Source of the DNA: Catajapyx aquilonaris
Lineage: Eukaryota
Length of the DNA: 40,820 bases
Reading direction: 5' to 3'
NCBI GenBank assembly: GCA_000934665.2
Contig: KZ538916.1
Coordinates: 1-40,820, forward strand
In this document: one piece after another, positions 1 to 10,941 of the stretch
Layout of the letters: each line of letters begins with the position of its first letter
Position numbering within the stretch: the stretch's first letter is position 1
Made by a program: the position numbers and the translations under genes
The notes under the pieces: generated by a model
The model's input: the letters and a program-made list of their open reading frames with translations, nothing else
What the model was told of the DNA's origin: nothing
The model's database searches: none

Positions 1-3000
1 TCCCTCCCCCGCCATCCCCTACTTTTCCCCCCCTCCAGCTACTGGCCCACAGGCTCTTTTCTAGAGGGCAGTTTTCCGGCTCTTTCTCCCTCGAGGGTGC
101 CAACCTCAAATGAAGACGCCAGAATTTCCCTGGACCCCAAAAAATGTGCAATAATATGAAAACAACGTACGATTTTAGGGAATAAATAACAAAAAGGCCG
201 CATGCTTTTTTATGGTAATAAATGCTTGGCAGACAAGATTTCTTTTTTTTTGTGAACTGTGGTCGGGACCTTTTCCTCTTTACGCACGTGATGCGCTTGG
301 AATAAACCATCGCAGCTTGTACCCCTTTCATCATAAGTTACACGCAGGATGACGGAGTGAATTTTAAAACCGCCGTCTCGTTTTGTGAGGCTTCTGCACT
401 GCAACACATGCACAACATTTTTCATCTCAGCACATACCTAAAAAAAATGTTAAAATTTTGTTCATTAAAAAAATATTATAGTTACCCAATCAACACGACC
501 AAGAGTGTACTTTTCCGCCGTCAATTTTTCTGGTAAGGGAGCGAAAATGAAATATTGGGCACCCTAATTCACTTGCGACATAATCTGATACTCCGCATAT
601 TCCGCCCTCGTAACCTCAAATCAGAACCAATCCCACAGGACACGGAGAAGGGCTTCAGGATGATAAGGGGGACAAGAAAAGGAGAGTTTACTGCAAATAG
701 CCTTATTTTGCTTTACTCGGGACTTTGTGCCTTGGTTCCCATCAGAATATGCATGTCGCAACCCCAAGAGTTCAAGATGTTGCGGGTCACCAACCCCTCA
801 AGGGCCGGACATGTCGCTTTACAACCGGCTCATGTTCCTTCCCGGATCAAGGTAAGACCCTCAATAATTCAAAAAAGATCTTGTCCCCGTTTTGTACAGG
901 CACACCTTGTGTTTCATAATGAGGGTTCTAGCCCTGTGTACAAAGTTGGAGGGTATAAGAAAATCGAAGTGGCTTAATGTCTTTGGCACCTGTCATGACT
1001 TCCATCCTGTAGCCCAGCAATTTTACTCCTTCCCACCCCCCCTTTTCTCCGATCCCCGGTGCTTATTTATGTATCCCCAAGGCACAACAGTTAGTGCCAG
1101 GAGGAAGCTGGACCTCCGTGGTTAGCCATCGATCACCCTGGCTATAAATAAACGAAATACGGGAAGGCCCTGTCTCCAAGTCGGAACGGCTGCGAACTAT
1201 ATAGGCCCCCGATTGCAACTGTTTTGCTTTCCAATGGATTATTCTCGGAGGAACAGCGGTCCTGGCACTGAATAATCCTCGGTGGTATAGCTATACATGT
1301 CTTTCGATTTTATTTGCAGAAATAGTTGCGGCTCGACCATTCTTCGCAATTAGCAGTCACAAATTAGCCTTCCACATACTCACTGGTGGTAGGTCACACA
1401 CACGCACACACACACAAAAAAAATCCCCCCCACCTTTCGCAACCATGCCGTCCACTTTGCAGTTTGGGGCCAACCCGCCGAAAGACCACACGCCACCTCT
1501 TTTTTTTTTGCCACCATTTCACCTCCCCCTTTCATTATTTCTACAGCCGTCCCATCTCCTGCTCGTCCCCGAACATCGGATCTGACCACAACCATTCGGA
1601 AAGGGCATGGCCGAGTGTGTGGCCCTAGCCATTGGAGTCTGGTAGGGGGGATATGTTGCTAGGAATTGGGTGTCCCAGAGCTTCCCTCCTCCCCAATATA
1701 TAGAACACGAGCCTCTACTCTTAGTCTGGAAATCGAACCTAGTCGGTCAACCTCACCCTTCCCAACGACATGTCCAGCCCTTTAATGGAAAGTGGCTCCC
1801 CGACACTACAAACTACTCTAGAAAATGGACTCGCACCTTTTTTTTTACCCTCCATCTCTAATTCCGAGGGATTTTGGATGTATGGAAAAGGTATAAAACG
1901 TTAGTGGCCCACAATAAACTTGTGGGTGGGGGTGAGATGATTACCTATTAACAAAAGGGCATTGCAAAACCCCGTTGTTTAGTAGCGACGTCTATTTGCC
2001 CCGGAGTTTCCCTGAGCCCCCTCTGGGATGAATCTCAGTTGCTGCCAAGCGCAAAATATTACCCACCAAGAAGGGGCCTTTTGTGGACAATTCCGTTCGG
2101 TGCCCGAATGTGGCCAGTCCGCTAATGAAATATCTTTTCATGTGAGTAATAACCTGCTCTAATCACCTCCGCAGTGTCCGGATGGAAATGGAAAGAGGGG
2201 GGCAGTGCTGGGAGCAAGTTAAAAAAATGAAACACTTTTGGCAAAAAAAAATCGCAAAAAAGTCGGCGAAGAGTTAAGACGGCAGGTTAGTTGATGCCAA
2301 CCTGTTGATTCGCCAACAGCAGTACAGAGATAAACAGGAAGTCAACAAGTGGCTCCAGGAACGTTCACCATGGAGAAATGTACAGATTTTTTCTTCTTCT
2401 TCAAAATAGGTATTATTTGCGCCTGGCAACTCTACTTCAACATCCCTGAGCCAACTATGGCCTCAGTTGCCTTCGCCTGCCCAGTATCGAATTCGGCCGA
2501 TCGATCCCTATTTGTCAGGTCGAATTGAAACCAGCCCCTGACACGTCCCTTGCTTATTCCTTCTGGGACACGTCTCGCGGAAACCGGAGAAGGAACAAGG
2601 TCCGACGAAACAAACCGTGATCGATTGTCTCTTAAAAGGCATGGTCAGTTACTAAGCCTCCCCCCTCCTCTTGCTTTTCGGCATTTAGAAACATCAAGCT
2701 GGAGGAAGCAGATGCCGCCATGATGGAAACTTCTCCCCCCTTTCCCCATCTAGCCCAAGTGAGGAAGTTGCCTGTTTCCTTCCTTGTAGCTCCTGCGGGG
2801 GTTGGAAGGCAAAAGGGGTTTGGACAAGTCTGGATGAAGAGGGGGAGGATGAAACTACAGTCCAACCACCTTGCTACCATCTTCGCCATATGCAAACTTC
2901 TACAAACTTTGCCATGTCCACCTAGCTCCGGCAGCTGGCGATTATTATCAGAGAACAAGCTCGGGGTCCATTCGCCATTTTTACCCCCCCGACTCGGCTC

Positions 3001-6000
3001 TTGGTGTGTGTTTGAATGGGAAAGAAATGAAAACAGTTCGTGGAATAACAGCAATCCGTCCTTTCATATTTTCACTAGGCTACTCCACCTCGTCCCGTTT
3101 TTTTTCCCCCGGACGAGCCCACAGCCCTGCCACAACTCCAGGTCTATTTCATGGGAACAATGATGCGTGCTCAAAATCAATTTGGTAAGAAGTAGAAAAA
3201 ACCTGCCGCCACCCCCCACCCCCACCCCACCCAGCCGAATCAGGAGCTAGTTCTACAACCTCAATATTATTCCAACAGTTAACCACAAAGCGATGCTTTT
3301 GTTCAGGTGGAATAATAGTAAGCAAGCCAGTAGCAAAGATAGCTCATTTACAATCACTCTCAAAGGGCAGGGATAGACCGCAGTGTATATCCATACAGTA
3401 TGCGAGAGGGGGGGGGGATTCAAAGGGGGGATCAAAATGTACTACTTGCCCGCACAATTTTTTTCTCTCTTTACATATTTAAAATCCCGAGTTAACAAAA
3501 TTTTCCCTCCAGAAAATCCTTTCTTTTTTCCATCTCTGCAAAAATGTAAACAAAAATTGGGGGGGCTACATGAAGCTGTGAATATGACTGCATATAACCT
3601 CCAGATTTCCCCTCCCCTTTTCTGCAAAGTAACTTCATTAGCCGATACTTCCACGTACAACACCTCTTAATTTACTTAAATCTCGGTGCTGGAGGAAGAT
3701 TTCATATTCCTTTAAAACGGGCGACTCTGTTCTTTAAGTGTTAATTGGCAATTCCGTCGTAAGGCCGATGCGTTCTGCACAGCAAGTAGAACCGCTTTTG
3801 TGGATCATGCCGTAATAAGGGCCTTGAGATTTTCTCCAGAACAAATTGGTAATTGATTAAACGACGACGGAACTTTGCCACGTCGAGCAATGAATAGGGC
3901 GCCAGAAACTAAATAGCTACTTTCTCTACCAGACTTTCCGTGACTCGAATGTCCCAACCCCCCAAAAATGGTAGTAGGCCTTACCTGGATAAGTTGCGTC
4001 CAAAAAATCTCTCACAGGCCAAAAATCCCGAGCACACTCTCTTCCATCACGCCCTACTCCCAAGTCCAGCATCAGGAATAAGAGAACCCCCACCATATAG
4101 GTCCCTAGGTTTCCCCCCCATCCTGCATCCACCCCTCTACTCTTTTTTTTTTTTTGATTTGCTGCTTTAAAATGTCCACCCCTCCGACTGCCACCCTACT
4201 ATACCCCGGAGGACCCATGCACACGCAATCCTGCTCAACCTGAATAAACAGGCTTCTCGCTCAAGAACAATAGGTCCCCAACCCTCCAGCCCCCCCTCTC
4301 TATAGTATACTATCCAAAATATCAGTCTCGGCGTGCATGTACACAACATACATGGCATAAGTACAATATTTACGCACCCGTTCGGTGTAAGCAGCCCAAC
4401 AATAGGTTCCTCGATTAATTTTTTAGGGTCATGATTGTAAGCGTGCATACAAGATGGTAGCCAATACGCTTTTATTGCTGTCACTGTGCACTAAAATCAC
4501 ACCTATGGAATACTTCACAAGCTATGCAACAATCGAGCTTTTATTCCAACCAATGTGTGGTAATGCACTGAACAAACTGGAGCTTACTCTAGCCACCCCT
4601 TTTTTTAGATCTTAATTGTTGGATACGGCGCCAATGTCTATGACCGTGCAAACTGTATTTTAGAAATCACATAAAAAAATTCGCTCCACACTCTAAAAAA
4701 AACGCTGCAATTACACATGTATGACTGCAAGACAAAGTCGCTAAAATAGGCCTGCAATTTAGCGAGTTGGGGTCCAAAAATGGTCTATTACCGAGCCCCA
4801 GAATTTCTCTTAAGCGGCTGATAATAGGACCAATTATACGCGGATGGAAAAATGGTTGAACTCTGTATACCCTATGCTTGCAAAAATGTAAATACGATTT
4901 TCCCCCCCAACCTTTTACCCAAACGTTTTCGCACCGGAACAAAACTATTCCTTTGACATCACATGTTCGAGGCAGAAATCCGCAACAATTTCAAATTAAC
5001 AATCCAGGTACTCGCAGGAAAAGAACTGGAACTTTACTTTAAAAAAAGACATAAACGAGCAAGGAGAAAGGGGGNNNNNNNNNNGGGGGGGGGGGTGGTT
5101 AGAACAAAGGAGAAGAGACACTTGAGGCAGGCATTAAGACACTGAGTCGACTTCAAAGAACACAAGCCGAGGCTCGAGCGGTTTAATTCCTTCCCTTCCC
5201 AACAGACGAGCCTGTTTATCGTCTTAATATCATTATCAATGTTTCCTGGCTGCCATCACCTCGGGCATACTTCAATCAAGGCAAAGCTCCAGAGAAACCT
5301 TGCCAGATGGTCCGTAACATTACAGGTCTCACTTTGCTAGCTGTTGCTGCTACACTTTTTCTTAGCCCCCTCTGGCTATGACTAGATATTGGGACAATAT
5401 AGAGATGTGCTGGAGGATATTATTAACGGGCAAAGTGTAAACAAATCTAATCAACACAAGGAAGTGAACTATACCTTGGAGCTAGTATGCAGGATATCAG
5501 TCAGCAAATTAGTTGAAAATGTTTTGAAATAAGCAAATGAATTTTTTCTCAAAACATAAATTTCCACCTTCACGTATCTTCGTCGGCAACGACGCATTCA
5601 CCGGTCGTCATCCCTCGTAAAATCAGCCCCTTTATGCTGGCTTCTTGAAAGTTTCAAAGCGGCCAGACACACCTCCTCCTTCCCCCTGTTTTTGGGGAAG
5701 GGGGGGGGGGGGAGGATCGAGCGGTCTCGGCCCATTCCCTTCTACCTCCTGAACACAGGCCAAGTAAAAGTGCGACAGTATACATCTTTCCACCCCACGA
5801 AAATGTCAGATCCTCTAACCTCCCCATCCCCTCCAACTGGCTCCTCCAGGAAAATGTGGGCAACAAACAAACATGACGTCCTTATATAAGAGTAGGGGTG
5901 GAAAAGCCGGTTGGCAGTTTTGGTGTCAAGCTGCCTTCAGGCCGGACACAAATCTATTATAATTTCATGGTTTCAAGTAAAAGGGAAACTACCTCCCCCC

Positions 6001-6579
6001 TCTCTCGTGCTTTAACCCTCGCTTCCTGGACTAAGACTCTGACATTGCTGTGTCCCTGCGACTTTCGGACCTTGCTCTTTCCACCGTACCATCCTGCTTT
6101 TTCTAGGGGGGGATGGCGTTGTCGCAGACCAAAAGGAAAAGCAGGAGCTTTTTGTACCGAGGTGAGTAGAGGGGGGGGGGGNGGGGGGGGGAGCATCCCT
6201 TCCTTTTCCAACCCCCGGAACATGGGGGTGAAACCGGATATGGAAAAGGACCCGCGGATTTTCGCATCCAGCAACCCCTCCTTGCACAGCCTTCCATTTC
6301 ATATGTATATAAAAAAGTGAAGGAACAATGCGTGGAAGGGGTGTTTGGGGATGAAGTGTGTCACGTTTAGAGCTAACGAGATGTTCGGTCCACGTGGCTC
6401 GCAGAAATTCGGCACAAACATGCTCAAAAATGGGGCCTACCTTTAGATGTCTTGAAGCCAGGAAATCCATGTGCAACATACAACTGTAATTAAAGGCACA
6501 CCCCTGATCCAATACTATTGCATACCAAATTATTAAAAATCCATTGCTTCATCTGATTGATATATTGGGTTATGAAATA

Positions 6580-6795
6580 CAGGGTGTTTCAAATTTGTGC
6601 GTCGTTTTTTATAACTGATATTGCTCGATAGCAGTTATTTTTTGTAGCTTGTTGTGCCCCTAACCTGGTGCCCCATTCTATAGCAACTGCTATATTCGAC
6701 CCCCTGGGAGTAAATGGAGCACAGCAAGCTACAAAAATAACTGCTATCGAGCAATATCAATTATCAAAAACGACGCACAAATTTGGAACACCCTG
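6580..6795. mobile_element. Non-autonomous Tc1/mariner-type MITE, 216 bp, with ~80-bp terminal inverted repeats
   Basis: The left arm 6580-6659 (CAGGGTGTTTCAAATTTGTGCGTCG...GTAGCTTGTTGTGC) is the reverse complement of the right arm 6716-6795 (GCACAGCAAGCTAC...CGACGCACAAATTTGGAACACCCTG), with about 5 substitutions and 1 indel. It is flanked by TA (6578-6579) and CA (6796-6797, probably a mutated TA). CAGGGTG termini with a TA target are typical of Tc1/mariner elements. No coding capacity. Confidence 0.9.
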
Positions 6796-8072
6796 CATTT
6801 TTTAAACAAAATTATTTAAAACCCCAAAGTGATTCACAGCCACCTTTCCTCCCTTACCCCAAAGCAACTCTGCAAAACAGACTAATACGCACTGTACTCG
6901 CACTTGATGGAATTGTGGTTTTAATTAAACCTGATTTGTCACGATGTGACGCACCTCCATAATACTACTACATAATCATCCAACTTTTTCCCCCCTCCCT
7001 CCCTCCCTCCCTCTCTCCCTCTGCCTTCCCACCTCCCAGCCACCCACCTCAAAACACCACTGGACGTTCCAGCAGCTTTGTTGGCATGCACACTGATCAT
7101 CGTTTACCCCCCTCATACCAACCCCCATGCACCAAAAGCACACACACGTGCATTCAGATATTTTTATAGATCATTATTTCCGGCATTAATTATCCCGGGA
7201 GTCGTATGCATATTTAGTACGTGGAGATTGAATGTGAGTTGGTCGGCCCCTCCCGCATTTAAAAAAAACCGGGGCGTTAAATAAAAAAAAACCGGACCCA
7301 GGACCGAGAGACACAAAGAAAGCGTGTACGATTGGCCATCAAAAAGCTCCAAACTGGGAACGGTGGCGTCATTGCCAAGCCTGCGGAGTCGTCTGCACGT
7401 TTTAACACACGCGACGGGAATCGTTATTCCGCTCTGACATAATGATACCTGTTTGTAATACTAATAGGGAAATGAGGGGATAAACAGCGTGTAGTGAGCC
7501 CATGTCGTCGGGAGGAGGGGTCAGCTACGGGAAATTAATTTCCGGACAGAGGAAGACGACTGTACATTTTCTCCCAGACGTGTCTCCTCTTTTTGTCATC
7601 GTCGGACTCCGGGTATATACATACACACACCCCAATTCCGACGCTTCCTTTTAATTAGCCCATTCGTTTCCTCCCCCGCGCCGTTTGGCCTATTTCTTCC
7701 CAGGTTAATTTATGCAACCCCCGTGTGCCGGGACAACAAAATTCGATGATAAACGCGCCATAATCACGTCGTACCGTTGTGTATACGTCTCTATAAAACG
7801 TCGATACAAAAGGGGTGGCGGGACCCAAAAGGATGCTCAACAATGCCAGTTTTCACTGCCCCCCTGATGCATGGTGCACCCAGGTGCCAGTTGATATTTA
7901 GTACATCAAGCTGGAACAAAAAATGGCATCGCCGCAAAGGTGGAAGCTGGCAACACCGCAAGTGCGCGCAGGACAATGCGCATTGCCCGCACTTAATATT
8001 TTACGACTTTAAAATTATTTATTTATTTATTTAATTGTAGAACCTGTGTAAAGCCTCCCGATGACCACCGTC

Positions 8073-8111
<39 letters not shown>
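8073..8111. repeat. (TTTA)n microsatellite, the insertion site of the Helitron-like element
   Basis: About 10 tandem TTTA units. The phase continues at 8436 (TTTATTTG) if 8112-8435 is removed. Confidence 0.95.
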
Positions 8112-8170
8112 CTAGCAGGATGCCCGTCCGGGAATGGAAAAAAATATATATTAGCGGAAAAATGGTAGAA

Positions 8171-8250
8171 GTTGCTATGGTAACCCGTTGCAATGGCAAC
8201 CCCATTGCCAATGGACACCCGTCGCCAGGCAATCCCGTTGCTATGGCAGA
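8171..8250. promoter_or_regulatory. Tandem array of five RFX X-box-like palindromes, ~16-17 bp period
   Basis: GTTGCTATGGTAAC (8171-8184), GTTGCAATGGCAAC (8187-8200), ATTGCCAATGGACAC (8204-8218), GTCGCCAGGCAAT (8221-8233) and GTTGCTATGGCAGA (8237-8250), joined by CC/CCC linkers. The RFX consensus is GTTGCCATGGCAAC. The motif match is seen directly; function is not shown. Confidence 0.6.
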
Positions 8251-8330
8251 ATAGGGTGGTGGATGGGCAGGGTCGGTAGAGGGGGAGGGAAATATGACAT
8301 ACCGACAAACCTTTCCTTATATATGACATA

Positions 8331-8422
8331 CAGGGTGTTCCAAGTATTTGGGTCACTTCTTGATAACTAATATCGCCCGATAGCAGTTATCAAGAATTGA
8401 CCCAAATACTTGGAACACCCTG
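8331..8422. mobile_element. 92-bp fold-back Tc1/mariner-type MITE with intact TA target-site duplication
   Basis: TA-CAGGGTGTTCCAAGTATTTGGGTCACTTCTTGATAACT...AGTTATCAAGAATTGACCCAAATACTTGGAACACCCTG-TA. The 38-bp arms differ by one mismatch and almost the whole element is palindromic. TA lies at 8329-8330 and 8423-8424. Confidence 0.93.
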
Positions 8423-10894
8423 TATCTAACATAGATTTATTTGTAAAACCTGTAATGTAACTCATCCTTATGATGACCTTCTGAATTACCTTAAGCTTAT
8501 TTATTTATTTGTCAAACTTGTAATGTAACGCCTTCCTATGACTACTTTCTCAATATTTATGACTTAAATAAATAAATACAGTGCATAAATAAGTGTATTT
8601 TGAGAAGGTGGCCATCGGGAGGAGTTGCATCAGGTTTTCCAAACGAGTGTATACCATATACCCCCACCCAATAGCCCTTAGTAATCGCCGCCTAATCTCG
8701 TTCCTATAGCCAAAACGTCACAGGAAGCGCACGTGCCATTACTATTCGTGGGGGCTCATAGAGAGAGAAAAAACATGAGAGAGCCTGTAGAGACGACGGG
8801 GAATGGCCGCGGGAGGGAAAGGTTGTTTCATTCCAATCCAACAGCTTATTTAAACATCAGGCGTGTATGGTATTTGTGTTTCAGCCTTTATTGCAAGTTA
8901 GTTGGGGGTATTTCCCCATCGTTTCCCCTGGCCACATATTGCGGTCCAGCTTAGTTTCCTGATGCAATAATCTCCGCACAAGAAGTTCACTTGGGTGTTT
9001 GAACGATTCTCACTCCCGGAATTTTTCACTCTCCCGGGCTATATCCTTCTAAATACCGCTTCCTACTGATTTTCCTATTGAAATAAGGGTTTGTTACAAT
9101 ATGCCCTCGAGTTTCAACTGCGCCGGGATATCTTTTTCCGCTACTGTTGCAATTTACTAGCCTTCCCCAGCTAGAAACGGATAGGGGAAAAAACATCTCC
9201 CCCCTCCTCCAAAAAAATCCGATTTTCGCAAATCTCGTTACCTTCAACCCCCAGCTCTTGCCGTTATCTATCACTGTATTAAACGGATTTTTCGCCGCCG
9301 ACGCATAAAAGTTCGGAGAGGGGGGCGTCCCCATCTTTTGATTTCTGTTGCTATTAGCCCCGCAGTTTAATTCCTGCTCATTAAGGAAAACCCAAGTATT
9401 TTTCCACAGATATTTTCTTCAGATTTGAAGAAGTCGTCCACGGGTAAGAAAATTTAACAAGAAATTCGCCGAATTGGGCCTGTTTAACTCAAAAATTATT
9501 GTAAATATCTGTGCTTGTCAGTCATGTCCGTGTTTATACCAACCACCACCATCATCTGGCGTTGGTTCTTCATAGGGCTGGGCCAGGCAAAACAGGCCGC
9601 AACTCTAAGTTTGGCTCCGGTGTTTACCTCCGGAGAAGCCCCCTGCGCCCTGTGTACAGTGCAGGTGAAGTGGGGATGAAAACAGCAGTGCACAGGACCG
9701 CCATCCGCCGAAGAATGCCGCGCTTGTTGGCGCCCGATCCGCCATGGGAACCCGGGCATCCCCTGTTATTTTGTAAGTAAACAAGTGCTTCCTGGAAAGC
9801 TCCCCGCCTGTCTGTCGGCACATGCATAAACACCCCCCCTCTACCCCACCCTACCAGCCAGCACCCCCCCTCCCACCCCCTTCAAAACCCTGCAGACTTA
9901 CCAGATAAACTAAATATTAAATGCAAATTTCACTCCCCGACCGCCTTTTCCTTCCCGCGCCTCTTTTAAATGCGCGCGCTTGGCTTTTTCGGACATTAAA
10001 ATCCAAAAGAATAAACACGGGGTGGCGCAGCTGAGCTAATGGAGTTTGAGGCATGGAAAAGGGGAAGGGAAGGGGGAGAGGGATGGGAGGGGTTTTCCAA
10101 GCCAGAAGGCCGAAAACGTCGGCGTGTAAAGCCGGACCCAGCCTAAATAAACCGACTTGAGAGAAACAGCACATGATGCCTCAAACATGTGTCGCCTACT
10201 TTTCATTTCCAACCTGCATAATAATAATAAAAACCTCTGTGGTTGGCAGCTTCCTGGCCGCCCAAATAGACATTTCCCAGTACACAAGCAAAACTATACT
10301 GCCCCCCCCCCCCTCTCTTTCTCTCTACCAGAAAAAGGAAATGGACTTCCTTGGGTCGGAGGGAAAAAGCATCGCCAATCATTTCCTGCTCATTACGTCC
10401 CATTGTCGTCTTGGTAACCAATTACGGTCGCCATCTCGCTGCATCTTATATTTGGACCGTTCTACTTACAAGATGATATGCCACTGCGAATCCAATTGGG
10501 AAAATTATCACTATTATTGGGTGTAAAATACAAAAGTGCTGTACGTAAGGGAATTGTTCCTAAATCCGATGCGTAAGTCGAATTTTACGTACCTCGGAGC
10601 CACACTGTAGCTCATTCCGAAACAACAACACTTTTTGCCTGAACCCGGCTCATGACTTCCGATGAATAACACACAGATTGACAAATACACACAATAACGT
10701 TCATTGGCACAAGAAGAGTGTTGCGGTTTCGAAATCCCTTCTCGTAGACTAATAAATGTTTTTCGCGATCTGCATAAGTTGAGATGTAAGTTCATGTACG
10801 TCTGGCAATATCTTTCTTGTAAGATAATACAGCACCCACAGCATAACTTCTCAAAAAAGTGGGTGGCGACCTCTGCCCCCTCCAGACACCCTAC

Positions 10895-10941
10895 CTGATT
10901 GGTGGAACAGAGGGCAGGGGGCCCCCTGCTCTACCAATCAG
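10895..10941. repeat. 47-bp imperfect inverted repeat with opposed CCAAT motifs
   Basis: CTGATTGGTGGAACAGAGGGC-AGGGG-GCCCCCTGCTCTACCAATCAG forms a ~21-bp stem with about 3 mismatches. Confidence 0.6.

Larger units (their letters stand above)
8112..8435 (-). mobile_element. Non-autonomous Helitron-like element, 324 bp including the nested MITE
   Basis: The minus strand reads A|TCTATG...CCCGGACGGGCATCCTGCTAG|T. It has a 5' TC, a 3' CTAG, a short GC hairpin (8123-8132) 11 nt from the 3' end, and sits between A and T with no target-site duplication. Removing it restores an uninterrupted (TTTA)n tract. The hairpin is shorter than the canonical 16-20 nt. Confidence 0.75.
8015..8643. repeat. Degenerate ~55-bp repeat array with (TTTA)n tails: three direct copies and one inverted copy
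   Basis: Copy 1 is ~8015-8072 (TTGTAGAACCTGTGTAAAGCCTCCCGATGACCACCGT). Copy 2 is ~8436-8485 (TTGTAAAACCTGTAATGTAACTCATCCTTATGATGACCTTCT). Copy 3 is ~8497-8554 (TTGTCAAACTTGTAATGTAACGCCTTCCTATGACTACTTTCT). The inverted copy 4 is ~8599-8643 (TTGAGAAGGTGGCCATCGGGAGGAGTTGCATCAGGTTTTCCAAA). Each direct copy is preceded by (TTTA)n. Confidence 0.75.

Noticed and set aside
555..3188. ORFs of 105-147 aa (555-977, 2632-3054, 2720-3163, 2871-3188)
   Set aside because: No recognisable motifs and several overlap on both strands, as expected for chance ORFs.
8171..8250. Short palindromic repeats considered as a CRISPR array
   Set aside because: The units are separated by only 2-3 nt, there are no unique spacers or cas genes, and the context is eukaryotic.
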